From the NCBI RefSeq assembly GCF_009914755.1, contig NC_060925.1: 64,000 nucleotides of DNA. One strand, given 5' to 3'. Shown here piece by piece: positions 40,998 through 57,575 of this stretch. The translations under genes were made by a program, and so were the position numbers. The notes under the pieces were generated by a model. It saw only the letters and a program-made list of their open reading frames with translations, did not search any database and was not told the origin of the DNA. Within the stretch, counting starts at the first letter, position 1, and each line of letters opens with the position of its first letter. The DNA is from the human T2T-CHM13v2.0 reference genome, Homo sapiens.

Positions 40998-43260
40998 GTT
41001 TTTGTTTTGTTTTGTTTTGTTTTTGTATTTTGAGACAGACTCTCTGTCTCCCAGGCTGGAGTACAGTGCCACGATCTTGGTTCACTGCAACCTCTGCCTC
41101 CTGGGTTCAAGCAATTCTCCTGCCACAGCTTCTCAAGTTGCTAGGACTACAGGCACATGACACTGCACCCAGCTAATTTTGTATTTTTAGTAGAGATGGG
41201 GTTTCACCATGTTGGCCAGACTTGTCTCAAACTCCTGACCTCAGGTGATCCACCCACCTCGACTGCCCAAAGTGCTGGGATTACAGATGTGAGCCACTGA
41301 GCCTAGGTTCTACCCATTTTTAAATAAGGCTAATAGTGTCTTTGAAAATATTTGTCATCTAAAGTGATGCAATTATCTAGTACAACCTTAGCCAGTGAAT
41401 GAATAGCTTTTTTTTGAGCTGTGAAAGAGGCTACAGTTTTATCAGCAATATTTCTTTCTTTCTTTTGTCTTTCTTTCTTTCTTTCTTTTTTTTTTTTTTA
41501 AGACATGGTCTTGCTATGTTGCCCAGGCTAGATTTCAGTGGTGCAGTCTCAGCTCAATGCAGCCTCAACCTCCTTCTCTCAAGCAATCCTCCCACCTCAG
41601 CCTCCCAAGTAGCTGGGACTACAGACATGCACCACTATGCCTGGCTAATTTTGGTTTGTGTTTGTTTGTTTTGTTTGTTTGTTTAGAGACAGGGTCTCAC
41701 TATCTTGCTCAGGATGGTCCCAAATTCCTACGCTCAAACAATCCTCCCACCTGAGCCCCTCAAAGTGCTGGGATTACAAGCATAGGCCCCCAAGCCTGGA
41801 CTCTTTATTTTTCTTTCAAAGAGGAAGAGTGGCTCTGTCGCCCAGGCTGGAGTGCACTGTCACTGTCATAGCTCACTACAGCCTGGAACTCCTGGGTTTA
41901 AGTGATCCTTCCACCTCAGCCTCTGAATCACTGGGATTATAGGCCAGAGCCACCATGCCCAGTTTTTATCAGCAATGTTACCTAAGGCTAAAGAAGGATT
42001 TCTAACCATGGAAAGCAACATCCCATCAAAGCAAAAGCATGCTCCCCTGAAAATGTTTGGAGTTATTTCTTAATGGCCAGGCAGATAATTAGCAAATTTT
42101 CCCCCAACAGGATCTCCATCTATTACTAAAATAGAGTGGTGGGCATGCCTAGTGAAAAGCTTGAGGACACTCATCCAATTTTTTGTTTGTTTGGTTGGTT
42201 GTTGTTTTTTTTTTTTTTAAGATGGAGTCTCACTCTGTCTCCTAGGCTGAAGCCCAGTGGCATGATCTTGGCTCACTGCAACATCTGCCTCCTGGGTTCA
42301 AGTGATTCTCCTACCTCAGCCTCTTGAGTAGCTGGGAGTACATGTGAACACCACCATATGCAGATAATTTTTGTATTTTCAGTAGAGACGGGGTTTCACA
42401 AAGTTGGCCAGGCTGATCTCGAACCCCTGACCAGAGGTGATCCACCCGCCTCGGCCTCCCCACTCATCCAATGTTGGATTTCTTCAGAGCTATATATGTA
42501 TAGCGGTGACCAAATATCCTAAAAGACATTGCACTTCATCATTCCATGCCTTCAGACATTTAAGGGCCATGGATGGTGATCTCCTCCAGAGACAAAATAA
42601 ATGCTGGTGCACAACAGGTAAGTGTAGTATAATTTGGGTACATCAGCTTTCGGCATTTAAACTATGGGTCAGACATGTTAGAGCAAGAGGGCAGGTTGGA
42701 TCCTGATTGCAGGAGGGAGTGTTTTTCTCTTAACTTTCCAATAGCATCATGGTGTTTACCACTGCTATTTCAGAGTGAGGCAACATTTTTTGTTTGGTTG
42801 GTTTTGTTTCGGATTTTTGTTCCTTTTCAGCCACGGTCTCACTGTTGCCCACACTGGAGTGCTGTGACAAGATCACAGGCCAGTACAGTCTTGACCTCTT
42901 GACCTTCAGGGCTCAATGAATCATCCTACCTCAGCTTCCCAAGTGCTGGAGTTACAGGGACACACCACCACCATGCCCAGCTTATTTATTTACTTTCTGA
43001 GACAGGGTCTCACTCTTTTGCCCAGTCCGGAGTGCAGTGGTGTCATCAGAATTCACTGCAGGCTCGAACTCCTGGGCTCCAGTCATCCTCTCACCTCATA
43101 CTCCTGAGTAGCTGGGACTAAAAGTGGGCACCACCATGCCCAGCTAATTTTTGTATATTTTGTAGAGACAGGGTTTCACCACTTTGCCCAGGCTAGTCTC
43201 AAACTCCTGGGCTCAAGTGATCCTCCTGCCTTGGCCTCCTAAAGTGCTGGGATTACAGGC
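40998..43260 (-). mobile_element. Cluster of antisense Alu/FLAM elements inside the ERV
   Basis: Multiple Alu bodies at ~40998-41305, 41455-41965, 42180-42461 and 42785-43260. Confidence 0.85.
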
Positions 43261-44454
43261 AGTTATTTTGACGTACAATTGTGATGGGTTAAACTGAAAC
43301 ATGGGGCAGGAAGGTTAGGATGAGTCAGACAGATTCGATAAACAGGTTTTGCTTGATGTGACCCTGATTTGCATTGTCAGTGCAATCAGGAGGAATTTAC
43401 AACTTAAAGGAGCCCTAACAGTGTATGTATTCCAGTCAATAGAAAAAGAGACCAACTCTTTCAGTTGCAGTAAGCACTGGAATTGTGAATAACTGCTTAT
43501 ACAGGCCGGTATGTTGGGCGAAATTGTACCATAACAGATGTCAGCTACTCGCCATCTTGGTTAGGAAGATTGCAGGTCACCTTTAAGTGAAAACCTCCAC
43601 TGACAGATGTCCACTGTGGTAGGGTTGCCTTTTAGATATGAGAAACATGAATCTGTGTGTCAATGCCCTTATGTTTACTGCCACAGAGATTGGGAAATAA
43701 TACCTGATGTGAGCCAGGTGCAGTGGCCCGCACCTCTGGTCCCAGCTAGTTGGGAGACTGAGGGAGGAAGATGGCTTGATCCCAGGAGGTAAAGGCTACA
43801 GTGAGTTATAATCACACCACTGCATTCTGGCCTGGGCAACAGAGTGAGACCCCATCTCAAAAAATAATAATAATAATATTAATAATACCTACGTGGTGCT
43901 CTCCAGTGGACTTGGAGGGAATATTTTATTTGATGTTGTTTCCAGTATTTGATGTTGTCTCCAGTTTATAGGCATAATTTTTTATATTTTCATCCCTCAG
44001 CAGCTCATTATGAAAGGAATATTTTATTAATTTGGAGCTCTTGGTAAGAAGTTTTGTGAGAACTTAGCAATAATGGAGAATGTTACCTTTAAGAAGTGCA
44101 GGTTCATAAGCCCCTTCATCTAACCACTGCATGGGTCTTCCTGTTATTATTTCAAAGGGAGGGAGTGGAAGTTTTCCAGAAACAGTGGGGGATCTTTGGC
44201 CAGGGAAGGTTAAAAACTTCTGTTATCTTTGTCAATTGAGTTTTTATTGTATCATTATTGAGTTGCACTAGTCCAGAGGATTAGGGGTGACAGGCACAAT
44301 GGGAATGTTGGGACATAGGCTAAACATTACAAATGGATCCAGCTACCTGCCTGATAAAGTGTGTTCCTCGGTTGCTATGTAGATCAGATGGCATTCCCCA
44401 TGAGGAATGATTTTTTTCTAATCACAGTCTACCTGCTACTTGGGCTGTGGCTCA

Positions 44455-45210
44455 TCAGTATGGAAATGCTTCACCCCAGTGAGAGCACATATAAATTAGC
44501 ACCAGAAAGTATCTGTGACCCTGAGATGGAGACAGCTGGATAAAGTCTAACTGCCATGTCTCAAAGGGTCCTAAAGTTAAAATGTCCCTGTGACCCATGA
44601 AGGGGTTTTCCAGGATTATGTTTGGGACAGAACAGATAGTACTACAAGAATAAACCTCTTGTGCAATCATAGGCGATGGTTTTCAATAGCACTGCTTTCC
44701 CCATGCTATCATTTAGTCTGAATTCCAATGAGTCAGCTTATGAACTACTTTAAAAAGGGTAATTGAAGCCTAAGGGGTAGATCAGTGTATCATTGGGCCC
44801 ATACCATACGCCTGTTTCTGAAGAAAAACTTGTTCCCTTTATCTTGCCAGAGATCTATCTTCTGCTTGGGAGATCCCACGTGTGCTTCTTCTAATAACGT
44901 TTTCAATGGGTCATAAGTCAGCAAGGTCATTTAGAGAAGTTCTGTGTCTCTTGTCACCTTCAGAGCTGCATTCTTAGCTGCAGCATCAGCAAAATGGTTG
45001 TCCTTGCTCTCCAGAGTACCTAATTTTGAATGACAAGGAATTTTGATGATGGCCAAAGATTTGGGTTTTCAAATTGCTCCTAAGAGTTCAGAGACTTATT
45101 GGTCATTTTTGATGGGTTGACCTGGTGAAATAAGAAACCTAGGTTGCTTCTAAAGCATTCCAAAATCACCACCTTCTCCAAATGCATCTCCGTGGTCAGT
45201 GTAAATATTA
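44455..45210 (-). pseudogene. Retroviral pol remnant (RNase H to integrase core), with stops and frameshifts
   Basis: ORF 44455..44670 contains GPFETWQLDFIQLSPSQGHRYFLVLIYMCSHWGEAFP (integrase core). Upstream reads NIYTD...LAIIKIPCHSK...NHFADAAAK (RNase H). Confidence 0.85.
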
Positions 45211-45689
45211 GGCTGACGCGGGAGGATTGACTGAGCCCAGGAGTTCAAGACCAGCCTGGAAACCAAAGTGAGACCTCCTCTCTATAAAAAGTTGAAGAAT
45301 TAGCCAGGTGTGGTGGCATGCACCTGTGGCCTCATCTACTCGGAGGCTGAGGTGGGGGGATTGCTAGAGCCCAGAAGTTTGAGGCTGTGGTGGGCCATGA
45401 TGGAGCCACTGCACTCCAGCGTGGGTGACAGAGTGAGAACCTGTTTCAATAAATAAATAAATAAATTATTTTCAACCATTTAAAATATCAATGACAGATT
45501 TATTTGGCCTTTTAAGTGCATTGCTAAATTCTCCTCCAATCTACTTCTAAATCTAAAGCAGAGCCTGCTTTAGAAAGAGAAGAGGAAAATGTATTTCAAT
45601 TTAGAAAAGGGAAGTCTTTTACAATATTCTTAATTCACATTATGGTGAAGCAGTATACACAATAGCAGGCTCCCCTCTTCCTGTGGGTT

Positions 45690-46234
45690 TTACCTTGAAA
45701 GGGGCTGCCAGAACAGAACTTTCAGGGAAGGGGCCAGAGCCCTGGGGACTTTCCTCAGGTGATGGTGATGGAAGAAGAGGCAAGGCAGGACAGGAGGGCT
45801 CAGGTAAGGGAGACTATGCAGGTGCAGGGGCAGGAGGAAAAGGAGCAGTTGGAGGCGAAAGAGACAAAGCCTCCTCAATATTTCTCAATTCAGAAAAAGC
45901 ATCAGATATCCCCAGTTTAAATCCTCAATGGAGGCAATTTTCTCAGTAGTTCTTTTAGAAATTTCTAGGTATCATTGGAAGTAAGTCTCCCATTCAATTT
46001 GCCTGATTCTAAAACCAAATTTTTCCAATTGTGTGCCCTAATAAATTATTTTAGTCATTTCAAAAGATCCCCATTTTCTCCATTCTACTTATGAGTTTTT
46101 CTGGTTAGGTGGGTCAGGTTTCTTGGATATTTACAAGAGGATGCTTCATAACTGTTATACAGAAACTCAGCTGGTGGTTCTAAACGCGGTTGTTTCTTCA
46201 AAGTATGCTCAGATTTTGAAGCTTGATTTCCCAT
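45690..46234 (-). pseudogene. Retroviral gag remnant (matrix plus proline-rich region)
   Basis: ATG GGA AAT CAA GCT TCA (myristoylation-type MGNQAS), a later 'KWGSF' motif, then a Pro-rich segment; interrupted by stops. Confidence 0.65.
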
Positions 46235-46573
46235 AATTCAGGAGCTTTGCAAAGATGACCAAAATCTGGGATGTGTTTTGGGTCACAGTGTCCTGCTTAT
46301 GTAGTCACTCCTACAGATATCACCGGAGTTGTGTATCACTGTCTCAGTGGCTCCCACTGTTTCTAACCACCAGGTGGCCACAGAGTGCATCTGCTCTGGG
46401 GGACCCATCGCTCATATACCCTCCCATAAGAGCAGGAAAGGGGATTCATAAAGACGTTCTTCTGATGGGGAATGCTCTACGAGGCCGCCTTCACATGGTG
46501 AGTAGTGACCGTGACACCTCTGCAGCGTCCCTGGTCACTTGTAGCCCCTGAAAGGGTCATCGGGAGCAGATCA

Positions 46574-46932
<359 letters not shown>

Positions 46933-49223
46933 TAACAAGAATTAGTCACAAGTGAAAACCTAAGTTCAAACTTTCATAAAAGCATGCTACAGAAAACAAA
47001 ACCACCGGTGCCTACCTGCCAATATCTTGACCCAGACCTTCCTGATGAGGGACAGAGGCAGAAAAGGCAGAAGCTTTCCACACAGTCCTTTGCCTGACTG
47101 TGACCCAAACTTTCTGTCCTGAGGCAGAGGTGGAAAGGGCAGTTTTTTCCCCCTGAAACTCAAGTCTCTTAACTGGAGGGTAAAGACAGAAAACCTCCAT
47201 TGTAGAAAGGGAAGGCTGGAAAGGACAACTCAAGCAAACTCCAGGCCTTCAACCAAAGAGTGGGAAGGTCCAGATTTCAGGAGGATTCACCACTTACTGC
47301 CCATCTGTTTCTCTGAGTCAGAACGTGAGGATTTCAAAGCTGGCCAGGCACCTAGTCCAGGAGGAATGTGGTCTGAGAGACAAAAATAGATGTCACCTTG
47401 TAGACTAAGACAGACTCTAAGGTTAAGAAAACAAGAGTTACCTACGGGTCAAGGATTCAGGGCTGGACTGGCATAGCAACTTCCTAAATTTCTGTGGCTA
47501 GAAGAAAAACCACACTCTTGCTAAACTCCTTAACAATAGGAGCTAGCAGGCAAATTGTCAAAATCTTCCCAGCAATTCTCAACTGGATTTACAACCCAGA
47601 TCACCAGACCTCTGATGGGACAGAGGAGTGCCCTTCCATTCTTTCCTGATAAGCAACTGCAGACCTCAAGCCAGTTTCAGCCATGTTACAGGGACTGCAC
47701 ACAAACCGACTTCATGTCCTATAGTTCACCTTTTGACATAAAGAGCCAATTTCCATCTAATTTTAATGCTAAAATCTCTTCCCAATGTGAAGATGGGGTG
47801 CACGTTACATATATGTTTACCCGTTGCACATGAGCTCAACACCCCTCAGAAATGGCGTTTCTCCAAACCTGCTGAATATGTATAACTCCATTGTGTGATA
47901 CACACCGTGTGAGGCACAAAAACCAACCTGCCCTCTCTCTCTCTCTCTCTGAAGAGAAAGCACCTCTTCAAAGACACACACCGGAGACTGTCTCTTCCTG
48001 GACTGCAAACTGATCTCACCAATCAAATTCTTACTACTATGTAGCCACCCTGGAGGCCTTTGAGAGGACAGTCAGATGGTCAGAGATGAGTCGCTCTGCA
48101 TTCTGCTCCCTGGGCCAAAAACGTCGACCTAGAAGGAAGGGGCTTAAGCACAAACATGATTTAAAAAGTTTGTTTGAGCCAATGTGAGGACACTTGCCTG
48201 GAAGACTCAGATCCAAGCAATCTTGGATGTGGGCTCCATTTGCCCTTTGTTACAAGCAGGTTTCTAAAGACCAAAAAGGGAGACGGGGAGTTGGCTGGTA
48301 CAAAATTGCCTGTCAGGAACTCCCTGAAGTTTACAGAAATAACATTGATTAATGATTAGCTATACATTGTTCAGCTACAGGGAGTGAGAGATGGTGTCCA
48401 GTGCAGCATGTTTAGGTTGCTTTATAGCCACTTGTGATGATAGCAAGCTGTTTTAATAGATGAATACACGGCTTCAAAACAGGGACATAAGACGTTGTTG
48501 CTGTCTCATTTTAATGCCTAACTCTGGGCTTGTTAATTTGAAAGCACTCACTTTCCTCACATAAAATTTCTTTTCTTTCCTCAGACATTTGAATTCTTTA
48601 TAGTTTAGGAATATTTTGAATAAATATGTATTTGTTTTACATGTCTTTGGTAAACCATATTCACGTTTCTCTAGAAATAGAAATTCCAATAGAAATATAA
48701 TGCCAGGCATATACGTACTTTTAAATGTATTAGTAGACATGTTTTAAAAAGTAAAAAGAAAGAGGTGAAATTATTTTTTATAATATATATTCAACTAAAT
48801 ATATTTAAGGTATTATCATTACCCCATGTGACACTAGCAAGATTTCAAGTGTTCAATAGCTACCCGTGGTTTGTGGCTATCATATTGGAAAGCACAAGTC
48901 TATGGGGTAGAAAAGTTGAATTTCTGGGTCATAGCATATATGTATGTGTGTTTTACCACTAGAATATACAGGCAAACAATTTTCCAAAGTTTTTGAACTT
49001 ATTTATACTCTTGCCAGAAATGAATAGAAGATTATAACGCTTCCGTTGTGCCAAAATCTGGGAATGTCTTTTTTTTTAAGTCAAGTTTACTGAGGTATAA
49101 TTAAAACTCACCAGCGTTACATGTTGTACGTGGTTCTCAGTGATATACTCTCTTTGCAAAGCTGGCTTTTGGTGGTAGCTTTGATTTAAAAGCTAATGCC
49201 ACGTAAAAAAATTCAATACGTAG

Positions 49224-49523
49224 GGCCAGGCGAGGTGGCTCATGCCTGTAATTCTAGCACTTTGGAAGGATGAGGTGGACGGATCACTTGAGGTCAGGGG
49301 TTTGAGATCAGCCTGGCCAAAATGGTGAAACCCCATTTCTACTAAAAATACAAAAATTAGCCAGGTGTGGTGGGGGGAACCTATAGTCTCAGCTACTTGG
49401 GAGACTGAGGCAGGAGGATCATCTGAGCTCTGGAGGCTGAAGTTTCAGTGAGCTATCATTGCACCACTGCAGTCCAGCCTTGGTGACAGAGTGAGACTCT
49501 GTCTCAAAAACAGAAAAAAAATG

Positions 49524-49570
<47 letters not shown>

Positions 49571-49612
49571 ATATATATACACACACACATATATATATAC
49601 ACACATATATAT
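49224..49612 (+). mobile_element. Alu followed by (TA)n(TG)n(TA)n(CA)n microsatellite
   Basis: Alu at 49224-49521; compound dinucleotide tract at 49522-49612. Confidence 0.88.
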
Positions 49613-50379
49613 GTTGTGAACTCAACAAGCAACACTATTCTCCAAGTAAAGTAATATAGAGAGAGAATCTTAAGGCAATCAAAATTATTTATTATTATTT
49701 ATTAACTAATTTTAAGGCAATTGAAATTTATTATTTTTTATTAACTCTATTATTATTATCAAAATTATTTATTAACTCCATTATTAACTCCATATAATCA
49801 TTAATATCGGTCATGGATTTTAAAATTAACTATATATCTTGAAATTATACATTGAGCTGACATTTAATAGAGGATGATGGCATCATGTATTAGATGACAT
49901 CTAAATATATTTACGAAGAAATTGTAAGTGGAATAATTCAGTCTCCTAGTTTCTAGAATTATCTCCTTTTAAAGATATTACCTACTGAATTAGTAAGTAA
50001 CTGAGTCCAAATCTCACCCTACTTGCTGCATGACAGCCAAGAAGTCAGGAGACACAAGGTGTTGGGGCAGGGAAGGTGACTTTATTTCAGAGGGCTAGTA
50101 AACCAAGAAGATGGTGAACTAATGTCCTAAAGAAACATCTCAAGTTAATAAAAATTTCTGGCTTCTTGTATGTTAGGGAAAGGGGTAAGAAGCAGGGGAT
50201 TGAGGTCAAGAGGTGGCTGACACTCCCAGACATCTGGGCAGCAGTGAGGGCCCAAGGGGGCTTTGAAACTTCTTTCTCTTTGGTAAGGTCACCTGAATAG
50301 AACACGGTTACTTGTGTGCATACATCCCTTAGCTCCTCAGGGGTTAGTTTTGGGAAGGGACTATTACATCCTTGCATTA

Positions 50380-50830
<451 letters not shown>

Positions 50831-52413
50831 TAATTTTCTTATTTTAATTTTATATATGTGATTATTACTGTACTTCAGATAATCAGGCAGTAATTTCTTT
50901 AAAGTTTTAGAGACTTAATTTATCTATTCACTCCACTGAAAGAGTATGCCAATTGGTTTCATAAGAAAATATATTTATACATTAGAAAAATTCCTTCCAC
51001 CAAACCAGGGGGCATTCAAAAGCAAATAATTGGGTTATGTAACATCATTTAAGGTGAAAACAGAGGCAATTGTGTCTATTAACAATGCTTATGAGTGAGG
51101 GAAACAAACTGAAAAATTAACATCATTAGATCCTTGGAAAACCCTCACTGCTGAAAATCTGAGTAATTCTTTGATCCCCTTTTGAGTCTGGCAGGACATT
51201 CTCCTTCCAGGCATATAAAAGTGAATGAATAATTTCTTTTCATCCATTTTCATTAAGGGCTGAACTTCCTTACTGTTCTAGAGATTGTTAAATTTGATTT
51301 GTGTAGTTGTGAGAAGTGCTCAAATTGCTGATTCCATTGCTTACTTGTGATCATATCACTCTTTTTTTCTCCTTTCTGTAGTGTGATTTAAACTTCATCC
51401 TTAAAGAGCATATATTTGAATTTTTCAGCTAGTTAGAAACCTGAATATATGAATCAAAGAAAACTGTTCCTTACATGCTGCAGATTCAGTTTTCTTCCTG
51501 TGCTAAGATCTCCTTTAGGTCTATTAATTTGTTACGGCCAAGAGCTCCTACGGAATGAAATTTGGTTGGGGGTGAGGGGCATTGAGTAGTAAGATCATCT
51601 TTATAATAGAGATGCCACTCTTGCAGATATTGACAGCTACTGGGCCCATAAAATTTTTACCAAACATTGGAAAGATGAGATATGAGCAACTTCCCATTTG
51701 CTGCAGTCTCAAATATCAGGAAATACAATTATCCTCAGGACAATGAATAAACAATCAAAAAAGACTCACAGACTAGATTAGCTGTCAGGTATCACCAAAC
51801 GGATGGATTCTTGCCAAACACCACACAACAGAGAGTGTCCTGAGAAATTCACTCCATAACATTTACCAGAAATCTACACTGATGCCACTGATGGCAGAAA
51901 ACAATGATGCAAACATGAGAGAGAGAGAGAGAGAGAAGGGAAGGACTTGTCCAATGACCATACTTAGTATTTTAAAGCAAAATTGCTCAGTTTCTGCTCA
52001 TGAAAACAGAAGAACTGCGGGAACAAGAGCCAATAGCTCTAAAGATCCAGGTCTGCACCAGGGGCCTGTTAGGTGCCGGATTCTGTTGGCTCCAATGATG
52101 GGTCTCAGATGGACTAATTTTTATAGACATAGCCTCTGAAAGAAATCTATCAAGGAATCATATAGAGACACTTATTTGCATGCTCATTCTCCATTAATAT
52201 AGAAGGGAGAACTGGCATTAGATTGTTTTCAGCAAATAAAAGTAAAATCAAGATTTACAAGGAAAAGAGGAAAGGGGAGGAGAAAAAAATATCTGGGACC
52301 ATTGTGATTTTGCTTTCTTTGGATAAGCGACTTGGCAGAAAGCTATCAAAGAAGTCACTGTGATCTGTCTTCTCTGGACCCATGTGACTTGGTCACCACA
52401 GGAAACAATGACA

Positions 52414-53935
<1,522 letters not shown>

Positions 53936-54592
53936 CTGTAATGTAGCAGTGGCACCTCTAGTTCTCTACACTATAGAAATATCAGTGGTCAAAGATATAT
54001 GTACAAGAATGATGGTTTCAAGATTCTTTGTAGTCCTAAAATCATGAAGCCAATCTCTTCAAACACATTTTGAAAAGGGTTAAGTAAATCATGTACCAAC
54101 TGAGGGGGGAAATGCTGTTTTCAAAAATGATGGAGAGGATTATTATGATGATCAATGATTCCACTGGTCGCATTATTGATTGAGCAATCACTAAATCCAG
54201 GCCCATCCTGGGGATAGGACACCTCTCTAGGCCTCCTATTAAAAATGAAAAAAATGGAAGCTGGTCTATAATCCATCCAAGCCTATAAGGGGCAGGCATG
54301 AGGATTTTATCGCACCAGAAGTGACTTGTTTGGTCTCTGATTCTTGCACTCAGGCACAAGACAACCTGACATTTCAGGAGATGGTCTGTCAGAATTGGAT
54401 CTCTGAGTGGGGTGGCTCTTGATAGGGATCCCTGTTAACTGTGACTAGAATCCTGAGAAGAGAAAAACCTTCCTGAAATGGGCATATCCCTGGCTGGCCT
54501 GGAACCAACCTTTCGGACTTAGGACTATGGGAAGAATAGGGGGAGATTCTCTAGTGATGATAATACATGAATGCTTTAAAAGCTAGAACAGG

Positions 54593-54666
54593 CGTCCCTG
54601 GGTGGTCTTGAACTACTCACCGTTCGGTTAATAGCCGAACGCTCTGACCGATTGCGCCACAGAGAC
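54593..54666 (-). tRNA. TRN-ATT: tRNA-Asn with atypical ATT anticodon (probable pseudogene)
   Basis: Minus strand GTCTCTGTGGCGCAATCGGTCAGAGCGTTCGGCTATTAACCGAACGGTGAGTAGTTCAAGACCACCCAGGGACG. Asn body, anticodon at 54640-54642, D- and T-stem mismatches, T4 at 54578-54581. Confidence 0.88.
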
Positions 54667-54764
54667 AGGTACTAGCGATTCCACTGGGCGCTATAGGCAG
54701 GGCGCACTCACCGAACTCCCCAATCCCTTCCAGCCTCAGAGCCCGCCTGGCAGGACTACTGAGC

Positions 54765-55630
54765 AAGGCCTTGGAAAATCGGAGCGATTAGAGCGGTGAG
54801 TCGCGCTGGTCACACTGCACACCTGCGGGTTGGGAGATTCTGGAGCCAGAAGGAGAGCCGAATGGCCTTCGCCCGCCCTGCCCCTCGTCCGCTTCAGAAA
54901 TCCCCGGAAACGCCCCGGTCCGCGATCCGGGCCCGAGCAGCCAGGGGGCCCAAGGGAAGCTGAACGCCGGGTGAGCTACCCGGATGGCTCTTCCGGTTCT
55001 TTGTGCGGCCTTCACCCAGTGAGGGAGCCTGTGCCCCCTGCCCAGTCGCTTTCGGGGCGCTGAGGAGCTTCCGCTGCCATCTTCGGATGCTGTGTCCCGC
55101 ACGGAGGGTCCACCAGGGCAGGGATAGTGGTGAGGGTCGCTCGTGGATCCCCTCGCGGGGAGCAGGGTCTGGCACACACCAGGGCGCAGGATTAGGACTT
55201 GTTGAATGAATCCATCGTGGCCTTTATCTTTTAGTCCTCTGAAGAGCGTTGAGAATGGAAATCATAAGATATTTTTTCCATTAGGAAGTTCTTTTTACAA
55301 GGCGTTTATTCAGGTTGACTTCTCGGCACCCCGCGGGGCGGGCAACGGGCAGGGCCTCCAGTGCACCTTCTGCGCAGTGGAGCCGCGGGGGCCCAGCTGG
55401 GCGGTGGTCGGGTCGTGAGGCGGGAGGGCGGGAGCGGGGGAAGGGAAAAGCAAAAGCGGGGAAAGAAGCCGGGGAGCGGTGGACCAGACATTCAGACCTC
55501 CTGAAAGGCTCGTGCGGAGGCAGAGGCGGGATCTTCCGGAGGTGAGAATTGTTTTGTTATTGTAGCAGAATGGGGAGGAATTGAGGGGAAAATGGAGATA
55601 GAACCTGAAAGAGCCCCAAACGCGAGAACG
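54765..55630 (+). promoter_or_regulatory. CpG island upstream of tRNA-Asn(ATT); paralog of 20110-20630
   Basis: High CpG density, GC boxes, and motifs shared with the reverse complement of 20110-20630. Confidence 0.7.
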
Positions 55631-55730
55631 TGTAGCTCCCCAAGTGTAAGATCTCACAGAAGAACTAGACTGAAAACTAGGCGTCTGGGAAGCCTGAAAT
55701 CCTTGGAGGAGTGGCATCATCATGACCCTC

Positions 55731-57575
55731 TGTGTTCTCACTTATAAGTGGGAGCTGAATGATGAGAATACATGGACAGATAGAGTGGGGGTGGGGACAA
55801 CACACACTCGAGCCTGCCAGAGGGTAGGGCTGGGAAGAGGGAGAGCATCAGAAAGAGGAGCTAATGGATGCTGGGATTAGTACCTGGGTGGTGGGATGAT
55901 CTGTGCAGCAAACCACCATGGCACAGGTTTATCTATGGAACAAACCTGCACATCCTGCACGTGTACCCCTGAAATTAAAGTAAAAATTGGAAATAAAACA
56001 TTTAAAAAGAAAAGAAAACAAACAACAACAACAAAAAAGAGTGGTGCAAATCTGTACCAGGCTTATTGTAAACAAAAGAATGAGAATGAAAACATGGATA
56101 TCAGACAAAGGGAAATGGCAAAAGAACGCTTTACATTAGCTAGAGGAGTAATATCCTAGCATCTAACTAGAATAGAATGGAATCGAATGGAATTGTTTTT
56201 CCCTGAACTGGCCTCCTTGGGTGGCCGACGAGGGCGAGGTGAAGGGAAGACATCTTGGAGTGAAATGTCCGTTTCTTCGCTCTTGTTTTGGTCTCTGTAA
56301 GGCATAAGAAGTTAAAAGCAAGATCTGATCCCTGGCATTTTCCAGGAATTTGAAATAGGTACATGAGGAGAGAAGCTCAATTATTACCCAGGTCTCTGGG
56401 ACTATCCCAGGCACAATCCCAAGAGTCCAGCTTTCCAAACCAGGGTCCCTGGGTTCTGAAGGCCTTTTTGGGGAAAGTACTGATGTTCGTGTCAAGGTTG
56501 GGAGGAAGGGTTTGGAAGGCCCCAGGCGATGGGAAGGCAAAGAGAAGGTATCAAGAAGCAAGGCAAGAACTTTCCACAGGTTCACGTTGGATACAGCACC
56601 GGAGACAAGAAACTGAGTGAATTTCTGGTGTTTTCTTACAGAGGTTTGTTATCCAGTTGTACAGAGTCTATTTCAGAATAAGTCTTTTTCAAATCAGCTC
56701 TTTTAATGTGAAGCCATAACTTTCTGGTGTTGCCTGATGCAAATCTCTAATGTGAGCCTTTGCCCTGGGTGTCCTTTTTGTTAATTACATGTTCCAAAGA
56801 GAACACGGTAAAAATCTTGACTCCTCTTCCCATCTCCCGATCTTACCTTTTTCCATGTAAAGGCCGCAGTTTTTGCTAGCAGGAGGCGTCAGTGGTTTTA
56901 GTGGTGGAATTCCTGCCTCCCATGCACGAGATCCGTGTTCAACTCCTGGTTGGTGCAGCGTGCAGTTTCCGCACAATGCGGTTTTTACATTTATTTACCA
57001 TAACTGTGTATACTCAGGCAGGTCACAGCCGCAATAATAAACAGAAGGAAAAGGGAACTACTGTATAGCTTTCCAGTTCCTTCTGGAGTGGAATTTCTCT
57101 AAGCAAGGACTTCGCAGAGACTGTCTTTGAAGCAGCTAGTGTGTCTGGTTGGTCTCTGCGTTTGCATATTTGGCCCTAAAACCGACGGGACGTTTATTGT
57201 CTCTTCTGGCGGATCCCTGAAATACACAGTCACCTGGACACTGATTTCACTGACTGGACCTTGGACAGACCACGTATCGCGGTGGAGTGAGGCTCAAGAA
57301 AGGAGAGAAGCTGTGGGGTCGGACAGACACACGCAGTGGGGAAGGGGCAGTGGGTACGGGGGCCCAGGGACAGGGGAGGCGTGTGGGAAGGAACCCGCAC
57401 GCAGATGAGGGGAGCTGCAGAGAGGGACCTCGGATCTTCCTGTCGAGGAAGGCCCAGTCTTTGGTGGTATCGGCAAAATGAAGGATGGGCCCCAAGTGGA
57501 GAGCAGCACGTCCCCAAAACTCATTTCGATTACCCCTGTTTTATACTCCACCAAGCAAATCTTCTATCTAGGGGA
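55731..57575 (+). repeat. Diverged direct duplication, copy 2, starting with an L1 3' end
   Basis: Collinear with 24617-26725; paralogous ORFs 25043..25291- and 56163..56585- share 'ILLLTSYALQRPKQERRNGHFTPR'. Confidence 0.92.
56886..56957 (+). pseudogene. tRNA-Gly(CCC) pseudogene
   Basis: gcgtcagtggttttagtggtggaattcctgcctcccatgcacgagatccgtgttcaactcctggttggtgca; same position in the duplicon as 25754-25824. Confidence 0.82.

Noticed and set aside
49522-49612. Self-complementary (TG)n/(CA)n tract as a functional hairpin
   Set aside because: An ordinary compound microsatellite derived from an Alu tail.
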